Shown: piece after piece, positions 20,501 to 27,404 of the stretch
Layout: each line of letters begins with the position of its first letter
Numbering within the stretch: the first letter of the stretch is position 1
Assembly: GCA_035272245.1 (NCBI GenBank)
Contig: DATEQW010000071.1
Span: 42 to 64,041, forward strand
Direction of reading: 5' to 3'
DNA: 64,000 bases
Origin: Candidatus Sulfotelmatobacter sp.
GTDB lineage: Bacteria > Acidobacteriota > Terriglobia > Terriglobales > Acidobacteriaceae
Translations under genes and position numbers: made by a program
The notes under the pieces: generated by a model
What the model was told of the DNA's origin: nothing
Databases searched by the model: none
What the model saw: the letters and a program-made list of their open reading frames with translations, nothing else

Positions 20501-22159
20501 GCGCTGCATCCTGCAGACATTGCTACCCACGTTGAAAAGTGGCGCGAGTCGTTGGCTACCGGGAAGCGGTTCGAAAATGAAGCACGCCTGAAAAGATCTG
20601 CGGATGGGCAATGCCGCTGGTTCCTGCATCGAGGCGTCCCTCTTCGCGACGAGCGCGGAGAGATCGTCAAGTGGTACGGAACGGCCACCGACATTGAGGA
20701 TAGCAAGCGCGCAGAGGAGGCTCTGCGAGACAGCGAGTCCCGCTTAGCGGAGGCACAGAGGCTCAGCCATTCGGGAAGCTGGGCATGGAACTTTGTCACC
20801 AATAGTGTTTACTGGTCGGAGGAAGCATTTCGAATTTACGGCTTCGACCCAGCGACCATCCCCACCAGGGAACTTTTCCAGCAGCGGGTTCATCCTGACG
20901 ATCTGGCAGCCGTGGAGGCAGCAAGCGCTGATCTTCTCGCGGGCCGCGATGGGGAATCCAACTTTCGTCTGGTTCTTCCCGACAACTCAATCAAGCATGT
21001 TCACAGCGTTGCTCACGCAGTCACCGATGAAAATGGCAAGGTCGTTGAGTTTGTCGGAACCGTGGTGGATGTCACCGAACAACGGAATGCCCACGAAGCA
21101 TTGAAGAAGGCTTTCGAAGAAATCAGAACTCTGCGCGATCAGCTTTACAAGGAAAACATTGCCCTCCGCGATGAGGTCGACAAGGCATCGATGTTTGAGG
21201 AGATTGTCGGTGATTCACCAGGACTACAATCCCTCCTCGCGCGTGTCAGCAAGATCGCGCCTTCGGATGCCACGGCTCTTATCACCGGTGAAACGGGCAC
21301 CGGAAAAGAACTCATCGCGCGAGCCATCCACAAGCGGTCCCGGCGCTCTTCCCGGGCATTTGTCACGGTGAATTGTGCGGCTACTCCCTCGTCGTTAATC
21401 ACCTCGGAGTTGTTCGGTCACGAGAAGGGAGCTTTCACCGGTGCGCTGCAGCGGCGCCTCGGCCGGTTTGAGCTTGCCGAAGGAGGCACAATCTTCCTGG
21501 ATGAGGTCGGGGAACTCCCCATGGAGACTCAGATCGCATTGCTGCGCGTTTTGCAAGAGCGGGAGTTTGAACGAGTTGGGGGCAACCAAACCATTCGCAC
21601 GGACGTGCGGGTGATTGCGGCGACCAATCGCGACTTGCAAGCGGCGATTGCCTCGGGTGCGTTTCGAAGCGACCTGTTTTATCGGCTGAATGTAATCCCT
21701 ATGCAGATTCCACCCCTTCGCGAGCGAAAAGAGGACATTCCTCTCTTGGTGGAGTACTTCATCAATCGCTATTCAAGAAAGGCTGGAAAGAGAATACGGA
21801 CCATAGAAAAGAAAACGTTGGAGCTATTGCAGTCGTATTCCTGGCCGGGAAATATCCGCGAACTCCAGAACGTGATCGAGCGTTCCGTCGTAGTCTGTGA
21901 GACCGAAACGTTTTCGGTGGACCAAGGCTGGTTCTCTCACTCGGTGCCATCCCTGCGGGAAGAAGAACGCGAAGTCAAGTCTCCTAGCCGACGATCAGCT
22001 GCTCAAGAGAGAGAAATAATCGAGGCGGCGCTGGCACAAGCCGGCGGCCGCGTCTCGGGACCCTCGGGCGCGGCAGCTCAACTGGGCATGCCCGCTTCCA
22101 CCCTGGAATCCAAGATCCGGACCCTCAAGATCAATAAATATCGGTTCAAAAGCGCATAG
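17516..22159 (+). CDS. Giant sigma-54-dependent transcriptional activator: REC, about 7 PAS/PAC, GAF, AAA+, Fis-type HTH
   Basis: Receiver at the N-terminus ([10 protein letters not shown]...[13 protein letters not shown]). Repeated coiled-coil plus PAS starts ([26 protein letters not shown] and similar). Walker [15 protein letters not shown] loop (HEKGAFTGA) and a C-terminal HTH ([19 protein letters not shown]). The start is uncertain: TTG at 17516 or GTG at 17537. Confidence 0.9.
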   Translation: MNLIDTTVISPIKILHLEDDPKDAELLQATLEAEGVPCHIARVEAEPEFSASLKQSSFDLILADYTLPSFDGISALKIAKEIRPDVPFIFVSGTLGEEVAIEALKMGATDYVFKTRLSRILPSVQRAVREGEERAERRRAEEALRTSEKRFRLIFESIPGLIAVQTAAGELELVNHRLLEYFGKTLEELKAWATNDVVHPDDLARVRAAWKRSVETGQPYDDEHRIRRADGTYRWFHVRGLPLRDADGRIVRWYELFTNIDDRKTAEQALRRNEAYLAEAQRLSHTGSFGWHVSSGEIYWSEETFRIFGFEVTSIPTLERVRQRTHPDDRPALQELLERVSRDRTEFDLEHRLLMPDGSVKYLQVVGRPSKDKTGNFEFVGAVTDITERKHAESLLAAEKRSLEMIASGASLSAILEDLCSAIDAQSPGVISSVLLTDTEGKRLWPAAGPKAPKGWSQAIAGGAIGPRAGSCGTAAFRKKRVITSDIATDPLWIDYRDLALSHGLRASWSQPLISKNNEVLGTFAMYYAEPRSPDGSDLQLIEAAGHIAVIAIERRRAEEALQESEERFRHMADALPEVMWITGLDPERPLYTSPSFERIWGFPVSDLSGNPRLWTERIHPDDRARVIDIFSRWIAGENVSYRDVEFRIVHPNGEIRWIHERGVLSLNEYGKPYRASGISTDITARKKAEAKFRELLEAAPDAMVVVNREGKIVLINAQVERMFGYRREELLNRQIEVLVPERFRSQHPQSRARFFSEPRVRPMGAGLELYGLHKDGHEFPVEISLSPLETEDGTLVSSAIRDISARKQAESLLRESEQRFRTIFDEAGTGIALIDLVSGGPIENNRALQRMLGRTQDELGRIETYDELTCEEDREADAILYRELCEGKHETLRHEKHLVLKDGRSVWANVVFTLLRDCEGRPKRVIAIHEDITDRKRAEETLRKSEQRLRDVIETIPIMAWTALPDGANDFANQRWQEYTGISLQDTSGAGWKMALHPADIATHVEKWRESLATGKRFENEARLKRSADGQCRWFLHRGVPLRDERGEIVKWYGTATDIEDSKRAEEALRDSESRLAEAQRLSHSGSWAWNFVTNSVYWSEEAFRIYGFDPATIPTRELFQQRVHPDDLAAVEAASADLLAGRDGESNFRLVLPDNSIKHVHSVAHAVTDENGKVVEFVGTVVDVTEQRNAHEALKKAFEEIRTLRDQLYKENIALRDEVDKASMFEEIVGDSPGLQSLLARVSKIAPSDATALITGETGTGKELIARAIHKRSRRSSRAFVTVNCAATPSSLITSELFGHEKGAFTGALQRRLGRFELAEGGTIFLDEVGELPMETQIALLRVLQEREFERVGGNQTIRTDVRVIAATNRDLQAAIASGAFRSDLFYRLNVIPMQIPPLRERKEDIPLLVEYFINRYSRKAGKRIRTIEKKTLELLQSYSWPGNIRELQNVIERSVVVCETETFSVDQGWFSHSVPSLREEEREVKSPSRRSAAQEREIIEAALAQAGGRVSGPSGAAAQLGMPASTLESKIRTLKINKYRFKSA

Positions 22160-22192
22160 AAGGCTCTCGAATCGGTTTCTCGCCGCGATTTT

Positions 22193-22237
22193 TTCGCGAA
22201 AAATTCGTGAATTCGCGAACTTCGCGAACTTCGCGAC
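22193..22237. repeat. Array of five TTCGCGAA-type palindromes (9-11 bp spacing)
   Basis: TTCGCGAA at 22193, 22212 and 22221, TTCGTGAA at 22204, and TTCGCGAC at 22230. The array lies between the activator stop (22159) and the STAS gene. Confidence 0.8.
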
Positions 22238-22280
22238 TCCGAATTTCCACAGGTTTCCTTACTTTTCAACTGGTTGCGAA

Positions 22281-22296
22281 TGGCAATCCCGGTGCC
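22281..22296 (+). promoter_or_regulatory. Candidate sigma-54 (-24/-12) promoter
   Basis: TGGCAATCCCGGTGCC has correct GG-N10-GC spacing (consensus TGGCAC-N5-TTGC). It lies 33 nt upstream of the ATG at 22329 and 45-90 nt downstream of the palindrome array. Confidence 0.4.
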
Positions 22297-22328
22297 CTTG
22301 TAGTTGGCGACCACCGAGAAGAGAGCCG

Positions 22329-22607
22329 ATGCTAAGGATCCAGCGCTTATTAAATGAAGGAATCGTCTTCGCCTTGACGGGTCGAGTCGGGATCGAAGAC
22401 ATCGCCGAGTTGCAGCGACTTTTCAGTTTGGAAGAAACCGGTCGCCGCTTTGCTCTTGATTTAGAAGAAGTTACGCTCATCGATCGGGATGCGGTGAAGT
22501 TTTTGGCAAGCTGCGAGGCGGACAGCATCGCGCTCGAAAATTGCCCAGGCTACATACGCGTCTGGGTTGACCGCGAAAAAAAACGAGATCAACAACTGGC
22601 TAACTGA
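22329..22607 (+). CDS. Small STAS-domain (anti-sigma-antagonist-like) protein
   Basis: 92 aa. FALTGRVGIEDIAELQRL...FALDLEEVTLIDRDAVKFL resembles the STAS beta-alpha core. The usual phospho-Ser position reads DRDA. Confidence 0.6.
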   Translation: MLRIQRLLNEGIVFALTGRVGIEDIAELQRLFSLEETGRRFALDLEEVTLIDRDAVKFLASCEADSIALENCPGYIRVWVDREKKRDQQLAN

Positions 22608-23193
22608 CGTCAAACCAAACCGAGATCCGGGAGTCATCGCCATGAATTTGAATGGTTTTTGCCAAGACGGCCCACAACTAAGTGCTCAGTTCCAGCAGAT
22701 TCCCAGTGGGTCTGAGGGTATCGCTCAGGATAGGTCCGCCGATGCGGATAACGACCTGGAAATTGCCTTCTCACGCATTCGTCAAGAGGTGCGTCTCGGA
22801 TCACGGATGGTTTTCCGCATGGTCATCCGAGGTAAATCCCGAGCGCTCGATCCGATAATACGAGACGAAGCCTATCGCATTGGGCGGGAGGCTTTGGTCA
22901 ACGCATTCCTCCACTCCGGGGCCGCCCGCGTCGAGGTCGATCTCGAGTACGCCCCAAGGCAATTCCGCATTTCTGTGCGTGACGATGGGAAAGGCATAAC
23001 GCCCGAATTGCTGCGGTCGGAGTGTAGTCATCAGGGCCTTACCGAAATTCGGGATCTTGCGCAACGAATGGGCGCGAAACTCAAGTTGTTAAGTCGAGTT
23101 GAAGCGGGAACGGAAGTCGAATTGTCGATACCGGCTCACATTGCATTCGCGTCAGAGACAAACCATCGCCAATTGGAATGTGCGGCAGCCTGA
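22567..23193 (+). CDS. HisKA_3-type histidine kinase remnant: ATPase domain retained, no sensor domain, H-box degenerate
   Basis: N-box REALVNAFLH, G1 VRDDGKGI and G2-like GLTEIRDLAQRMGAKLKLLS are present. Where the HDxxxQxL H-box is expected the sequence reads QDGPQLSA. The ORF overlaps the STAS ORF by 41 nt. An alternative ATG is at 22642. Confidence 0.6.
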   Translation: MTAKKNEINNWLTDVKPNRDPGVIAMNLNGFCQDGPQLSAQFQQIPSGSEGIAQDRSADADNDLEIAFSRIRQEVRLGSRMVFRMVIRGKSRALDPIIRDEAYRIGREALVNAFLHSGAARVEVDLEYAPRQFRISVRDDGKGITPELLRSECSHQGLTEIRDLAQRMGAKLKLLSRVEAGTEVELSIPAHIAFASETNHRQLECAAA

Positions 23194-23233
23194 AGCAGGA
23201 AAACACGAACCATTGGTTTGCAGGGAGATCGAA

Positions 23234-23863
23234 ATGACAACGCCAGCCCAGATCCATATCCTGACCGTCGATGATCATCCTTTGCTCCTGGAGGGGTTAG
23301 CGGCCGTAATCCAGAGCCAGCCAGACATGCTCCTCGTTGGACAAGCTTCGAATTGCCGCGATGCAATCCAACAGTTCCGAAAACTTCGACCGGACGTCAC
23401 CCTGATGGACCTGAGATTGCCAGACATGAGCGGAATCGACGCGATGATGGCCATCCAGGCCCAATACCCGGACGCTCGTATCATTATTATGACGACGTTT
23501 GAGGGCGATGGCCCGGTTCAACACGCCCTTCAGGCCGGCGCTCGTTCCTACATTCTTAAGAACATGCCGCCGAGAGAGATAGCAGACGTCATCCGACAAG
23601 TTCATGCGGGCAGCAAGTGTGTGCCCGCGGAAATTGCCGCCACCATGGCTGAACACCTCGGTGATGAGAAACTGACAGATCGTGAAGTTGATGTTTTGAG
23701 GCAGACCGCGGGCGGAAATCGCAATCGTGACATAGCAGACACACTCTTCATCGCGGAGGAGACTGTAAAAGCGCACATGAAACACATCATGGAGAAGCTT
23801 GGCGCAAGCGACCGCACGCATGCTGTCACCATCGCCGCCCGGCGTGGCATTATTCAACTGTAG
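23234..23863 (+). CDS. NarL/LuxR-family response regulator
   Basis: Receiver domain (ILTVDDHPLL...TLMDLRLPDMSG) plus a LuxR HTH (LTDREVDVLRQTAGGNRNRDIADTLFIAEETVKAHMKHIMEKLG). GGGAGATCGAA precedes the ATG at 23234. Confidence 0.9.
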   Translation: MTTPAQIHILTVDDHPLLLEGLAAVIQSQPDMLLVGQASNCRDAIQQFRKLRPDVTLMDLRLPDMSGIDAMMAIQAQYPDARIIIMTTFEGDGPVQHALQAGARSYILKNMPPREIADVIRQVHAGSKCVPAEIAATMAEHLGDEKLTDREVDVLRQTAGGNRNRDIADTLFIAEETVKAHMKHIMEKLGASDRTHAVTIAARRGIIQL

Positions 23864-24015
23864 GCTCGCTTCCGGGAAATACTTCCAGGTAATCGCTCAA
23901 TTCCTTGGCCTTGGCAACTCGCAACGAGGCCGATTCTTGCGTCTACTGTTCAGAATGCGAGCGACGAGAAAATCACCCGCTAGCCCTTCCTCATCGTTAG
24001 AAGCATCCATGTGCC

Positions 24016-24112
24016 GCTAACCCGAACGAGGTACCCCTCCACAAAACTCCCGTGGTAGAAAAAAAATACTGCATCTCGTAATGTGTTTCCGCGAGCAATC
24101 TGTGAAAGTACT
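24016..24112 (+). repeat. Conserved upstream element, copy 1 of 4
   Basis: GCTAACCC, a 28-nt spacer, GTGGTAG, A8, TA, CTGCATCTCGTAATG, then ...CGCGAGCAATCTGTGAAAGTA. It ends 107 nt upstream of the dksA/traR-like ATG. Confidence 0.7.
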
Positions 24113-24218
24113 TCGTCAGTGAACCTGCGCATGCCATCGCGTGACACAACAACAGTAGAGAATTTTGTAGTGCGCTTTTGTTCGCAGGCTCTAGCCATTC
24201 CATTTCGAGGGAAAGAAT

Positions 24219-24608
24219 ATGTCACCTCAATTTCCGTTTGATAGCCCCATCCTTTTGCAGTTCAACAGCGGTCTGCGCGAACTGCAGAACAAGTTGCAGG
24301 AACTAATTGAAAAAGCGGAAAAGGAAATTCGAGAATTCGCCGATCTTGGACCTCAGGATGCGGTGGATATCTCGTGCTTCAACTCTTCCAAGGAGTCCAT
24401 GTTTGCCGACAGTAGCCGGAACCGCAACCAGCTACGTCTGGTCCAGCGCGCACTGGAGCGCATTCGCGATGGTAGTTTTGGAATTTGCGCCAGCTGTGAG
24501 GGTGCGATCGGCCTCGAACGGCTACAGGCTGTCCCTTGGACCAGGCACTGTATTCAATGCCAGGAGCAATTCGAGCACGGCAGACGGCAAGACTGGATGA
24601 CCGCGTGA
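24219..24608 (+). CDS. DksA/TraR-family C4 zinc-finger protein
   Basis: 129 aa with a coiled-coil N-half and CASCEGAIGLERLQAVPWTRHCIQCQ (CxxC-N17-CxxC). GAGGGAAAGAAT precedes the ATG. Confidence 0.85.
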   Translation: MSPQFPFDSPILLQFNSGLRELQNKLQELIEKAEKEIREFADLGPQDAVDISCFNSSKESMFADSSRNRNQLRLVQRALERIRDGSFGICASCEGAIGLERLQAVPWTRHCIQCQEQFEHGRRQDWMTA

Positions 24609-24617
24609 CTTATTGCT

Positions 24618-24712
24618 CCTACCCGAAGGTGGTACGGATTCGCAGGCCTTCTGGGGCACGAAAAAAGTACTGCATCTCGTGATGCGTTCCCAGCGGCGTC
24701 GTGTGAAAGTGG
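24618..24712 (+). repeat. Conserved upstream element, copy 2 of 4
   Basis: CCTACCC, spacer, GGGGCACG, A6, GTA, CTGCATCTCGTGATG, then ...GTGTGAAAGT. It starts 10 nt after the dksA-like stop and ends 49 nt before the next ATG. Confidence 0.7.
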
Positions 24713-24760
24713 ATCACACGCAATAGGTGACAAGAGTCGCGAGAGAAGAAGGAGTCTTTT

Positions 24761-24955
24761 ATGGAGAGGCTGATTGACATTCTCGACTTCGTGTTTGGTT
24801 GCCACCACGGTCATCTGAGCCGCGTCTTCAGCATCGACGGGCGAACTTACCGGGTGTGTTGCGACTGTGGAGCGAAATTCAAATATTCGTTGGCCAGCAT
24901 GTGCATCGAACGAAAGTTGCGAGTGTTAGATGCTCCACACGCGACGCTGACCTGA
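24761..24955 (+). CDS. Small Cys/His-rich zinc-ribbon-like protein (64 aa), conserved hypothetical
   Basis: GCHHGHLSRVF...TYRVCCDCGAKFKYS. GAAGGAG lies 6 nt upstream of the ATG. Confidence 0.55.
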   Translation: MERLIDILDFVFGCHHGHLSRVFSIDGRTYRVCCDCGAKFKYSLASMCIERKLRVLDAPHATLT

Positions 24956-25053
24956 TCCGGAAGCGACCTGCGGGGTGAGCGCAGAGATCCGTGAAACCTT
25001 CGGATCATTCCTCGGGACTGAGCGTATGCCGCCGATAGAACCCGCCTGGATAT

Positions 25054-25356
25054 TCAACCCGACCCAAAAAGGTCTTCGCGATTCAGCATCGTACTTTCCA
25101 CGATAGTAATTTCGACCTGTCGCGAAAGGCTTTGAATAATCGGATGCCCCGAGCCGTCGAGGCCTAGCGTGCTGGTCAAACTGCAGGTCTCGCAAAGCCA
25201 CAAAAACAACGGAGTACCGCCAGCCTTCGTGCTTCCCGAGGTAGAGATATTTCGCGATATTCTCGGGAAACTAGCGGCCTCAAAAACAAACAGCTTACCG
25301 TGTCCGAGCCGCCGGAATGGAGCGGAGCACGAGGGATTAGCGCACTTACCAACCAA
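25054..25356 (-). CDS. Small zinc-ribbon-like protein (100 aa), conserved hypothetical
   Basis: N-terminal CANPSCSAPFRRLGHGKLFVFE and a later WLCETC pair. TTG start with GGAGGAG 4 nt upstream. It sits directly downstream of the oxidoreductase gene. Confidence 0.55.
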   Translation of the reverse strand: MVGKCANPSCSAPFRRLGHGKLFVFEAASFPRISRNISTSGSTKAGGTPLFLWLCETCSLTSTLGLDGSGHPIIQSLSRQVEITIVESTMLNREDLFGSG

Positions 25357-25427
25357 CTAGCTCCTCCGAATGAGTAACTCTTTTTGAATCCGCTAAAACG
25401 GCGAAACCAACTGACGCCGGGAGAACT

Positions 25428-26372
25428 CTAGGTCGCGTCCGTTACCCTCAGGACGATTTTGCCTCGCTTGTGCGGCGCACCCGCGAGCATTTCATGCGCC
25501 ATGCACGCTTCCTCGAGTGGTACTGTCGTGCCCACCTGAGAAATCAGTTCCCCGCCTTCAAACAACTTCGAGATCGTATCCAGACGGGCTTTGGTCACCT
25601 CTACAATGAAGAAGACGGAGCGAACGTCGCGATGTTGCGGTGTTTCAGAAAACGGCGACACAACCGACACGAGGATCCCGCCCTGCTTCAAAACGCTAAA
25701 CGATCGCTCCCGCGTATCTCCTCCAACCGTGTCGATCACCACGTCGACAGGCGGCACAACATCCTCGAACTTTGTCGTCTTGTAGTTCACAATTTGCTCA
25801 GCGCCCAAACGTCGTACATACTCGAGATCGGAGGGCCCCGCAGTTGCGAAGATCTTCAAGCCTGCATTCTTCGCGAGTTGCACGGCATATGCGCCCACGT
25901 TGCCCGCCGCTCCATGGATAAGAATCGTTTGTCCGGTTTTCGCTTCAGCATGCTCGAACAACATCTGCCAGGCAGTGACCGCTACGACTGGCGCCGAAGC
26001 AGCCTCCAGAGAGCTCAGCGATTTCGGCTTTCGGGCCACCATCTCGGCTGACGCCAGCGCATACTCCGCGTAAGCACCGATAAATTGTTGGTTGGTAACC
26101 CCGTAAACTTCTTCACCCAACTCAAAATCCGTGACTCCCGCTCCGACGGCTTCGATTACTCCGCACACGTCGGACCCAAGAGTGAGTGGCAGCGGTGATT
26201 CGACGACGCTCTTGTGTTCTCGGATGAGCGCATCCCAAGGCCCAACCCCGGCGGCAGCAACCCGTACCTGCAACTCACCTGGGCCCGGTGTTGGACGCGG
26301 CAGCTCGTCGATCACGATCACATCTGGCGGACCGAATTGATGAATCCTCGCTGCTTTCATGGCTTTGTTCAT
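25428..26372 (-). CDS. NADPH:quinone oxidoreductase / zinc-type alcohol dehydrogenase superfamily (MDR)
   Basis: MKAARIHQFGPPDV N-terminus and Rossmann motif IHGAAGNVGAYAVQLAK. The start could be 26393 (GTG), 26372 or 26360. Confidence 0.88.
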   Translation of the reverse strand: MNKAMKAARIHQFGPPDVIVIDELPRPTPGPGELQVRVAAAGVGPWDALIREHKSVVESPLPLTLGSDVCGVIEAVGAGVTDFELGEEVYGVTNQQFIGAYAEYALASAEMVARKPKSLSSLEAASAPVVAVTAWQMLFEHAEAKTGQTILIHGAAGNVGAYAVQLAKNAGLKIFATAGPSDLEYVRRLGAEQIVNYKTTKFEDVVPPVDVVIDTVGGDTRERSFSVLKQGGILVSVVSPFSETPQHRDVRSVFFIVEVTKARLDTISKLFEGGELISQVGTTVPLEEACMAHEMLAGAPHKRGKIVLRVTDAT

Positions 26373-26558
26373 TTCACCGCGACTCGTTGACACGCAGGAA
26401 TTTCATCAGGGCGCCGGTCGCCAGTCCGAATGTCATCGGAAGAACCCGCTCACCAGTCCAATTGTGCGTATGTGCCAGCAAACTAACCAGGAGAAGCAAA
26501 CCAAGCACAATCTCCGGGCGCCGAAAATCTTTTCGTAGGAAAGTAAAAGGGCCATGAT

Positions 26559-26657
26559 CCCTACTCTCGCAGGTTGCTCCGCGTGGCGCGTCACGAGATG
26601 TAGTGTTTTTCTTCTACCCCGGATGACTGGTGGATGCGTAACTCCTTCGGGGTAGCT
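26559..26657 (-). repeat. Conserved upstream element, copy 3 of 4
   Basis: On the minus strand the order is: CTACCCC, a 28-nt spacer, GGGGTAG (perfect 7-bp arms), AAGAAAAA, CA, CTACATCTCGTGACG, then ...CGCGGAGCAACCTGCGAGAGTA. Confidence 0.7.
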
Positions 26658-26810
26658 GGCCGACGCGCAGCGGCATGATCGAACCGTAAGAGGCGGGACT
26701 GCCGACGTGGCCTGCGCTCGCACCGGACCATAGCGCCGTCCTGTGGCGCTGCAGCCCGCTCTCGGTTGCATTTTTCTGCAGGCGGTTAGCAAAGCCAGAT
26801 TGCCCGGCTT

Positions 26811-26981
26811 TCAGGCAGCCTCGTCGTCCTCCAGCCCCCAATACTTCAGCAGTTCGGTCGGCACATACTTCTGGTCCTTATTCTTCTGGACCCATTCTTT
26901 CAATGGCAGGGAATCTTTGTATTGGTCGGGTCGGATACCCAGGATGGCGACGACGTGATCGAAAGAACTGGCTTGGTCCAT
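26811..26981 (-). CDS. Small conserved hypothetical protein (56 aa)
   Basis: MDQASSFDHVVAILGIRPDQYKDSLPLKEWVQKNKDQKYVPTELLKYWGLEDDEAA. GAGGTG lies 5 nt upstream of the ATG at 26981. The longer ORF open to 27101 has no such signal. Confidence 0.5.
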   Translation of the reverse strand: MDQASSFDHVVAILGIRPDQYKDSLPLKEWVQKNKDQKYVPTELLKYWGLEDDEAA

Positions 26982-27354
26982 GGCACACCTCATGTTTGTT
27001 GTAGGTTTCTGGCATTCTAGCGGTCGGGTATTAAAGGAGCGTAAAACTTCAAAATCAGTAGTGCCGGAGAGTCGAAGATGGAGGCGGCAAGATCGAATCA
27101 TCCCAATCGTCTTTTGCGTGAATTTTTATAGGAGTTCAGCAACCCGCACACACCGGGACTAACAAGTTTCCGTGCGCCGGGACGTGTACTCGAATTCGAG
27201 ATGTTGGCAGAGATCCAGCATAGTAGCGATTAGAGCGATCCGCGAACCTTCGCGCAACTCCGGCGCCTCTTAGTCGTCGTCATAGCTGGGACGCTTATCT
27301 TGGCCCCTCCAGCCGATGACTGCAGTCACGCCTAAACAGTATCCGGATACGAAC

Positions 27355-27384
27355 AAAAAAGCCCTCTCCCGCAGGGGAGAGGGC
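27355..27384 (-). terminator. Rho-independent terminator of the phosphoesterase gene
   Basis: 10-bp GC-rich stem GCCCTCTCCC/GGGAGAGGGC with a 4-nt loop, followed on the minus strand by TTTTTT. It lies 21 nt after the stop at 27405. Confidence 0.75.
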
Positions 27385-27404
27385 CGTTACAGTTGGAACG
27401 CGTT

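Noticed and set aside
22193-22237. The short direct repeats TTCGCGAAC could be a mini CRISPR-like or satellite array.
   Set aside because: The units are 8-9 bp palindromes with no spacers, and the total length is only 45 bp. No cas genes are present. They are better explained as clustered protein-binding sites.
24653-24675. GGCACG...TGCAT inside copy 2 of the element resembles a sigma-54 -24/-12 promoter.
   Set aside because: The GG to GC spacing is 15 nt, not the required 10. The GGCAC is also not conserved in the other three copies, which read GGTAG.
23980-24814. Minus-strand ORFs 23980-24225, 23997-24203 and 24554-24814 overlap copies 1 and 2 of the conserved element and share a short RDAV.F stretch. 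They could mean the repeat is coding.
   Set aside because: The similarity follows nucleotide identity, not a reading frame. In the one frame that gives similar peptides in all copies, the open stretch is about 30 codons with no start codon and is bounded by stops. Copy 3 has no equivalent long ORF. None has a ribosome-binding site.
27268-27354. A short minus-strand frame ending ...KRPSYDDD* lies just downstream of the phosphoesterase terminator. It echoes the poly-Asp ends of the two phosphoesterases and could be a duplicated 3-prime end or a small gene.
   Set aside because: Only the GTCGTCGTC codons match, with no flanking similarity. The only possible start is a TTG inside the terminator T-tract, and there is no ribosome-binding site. 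Most likely coincidence.
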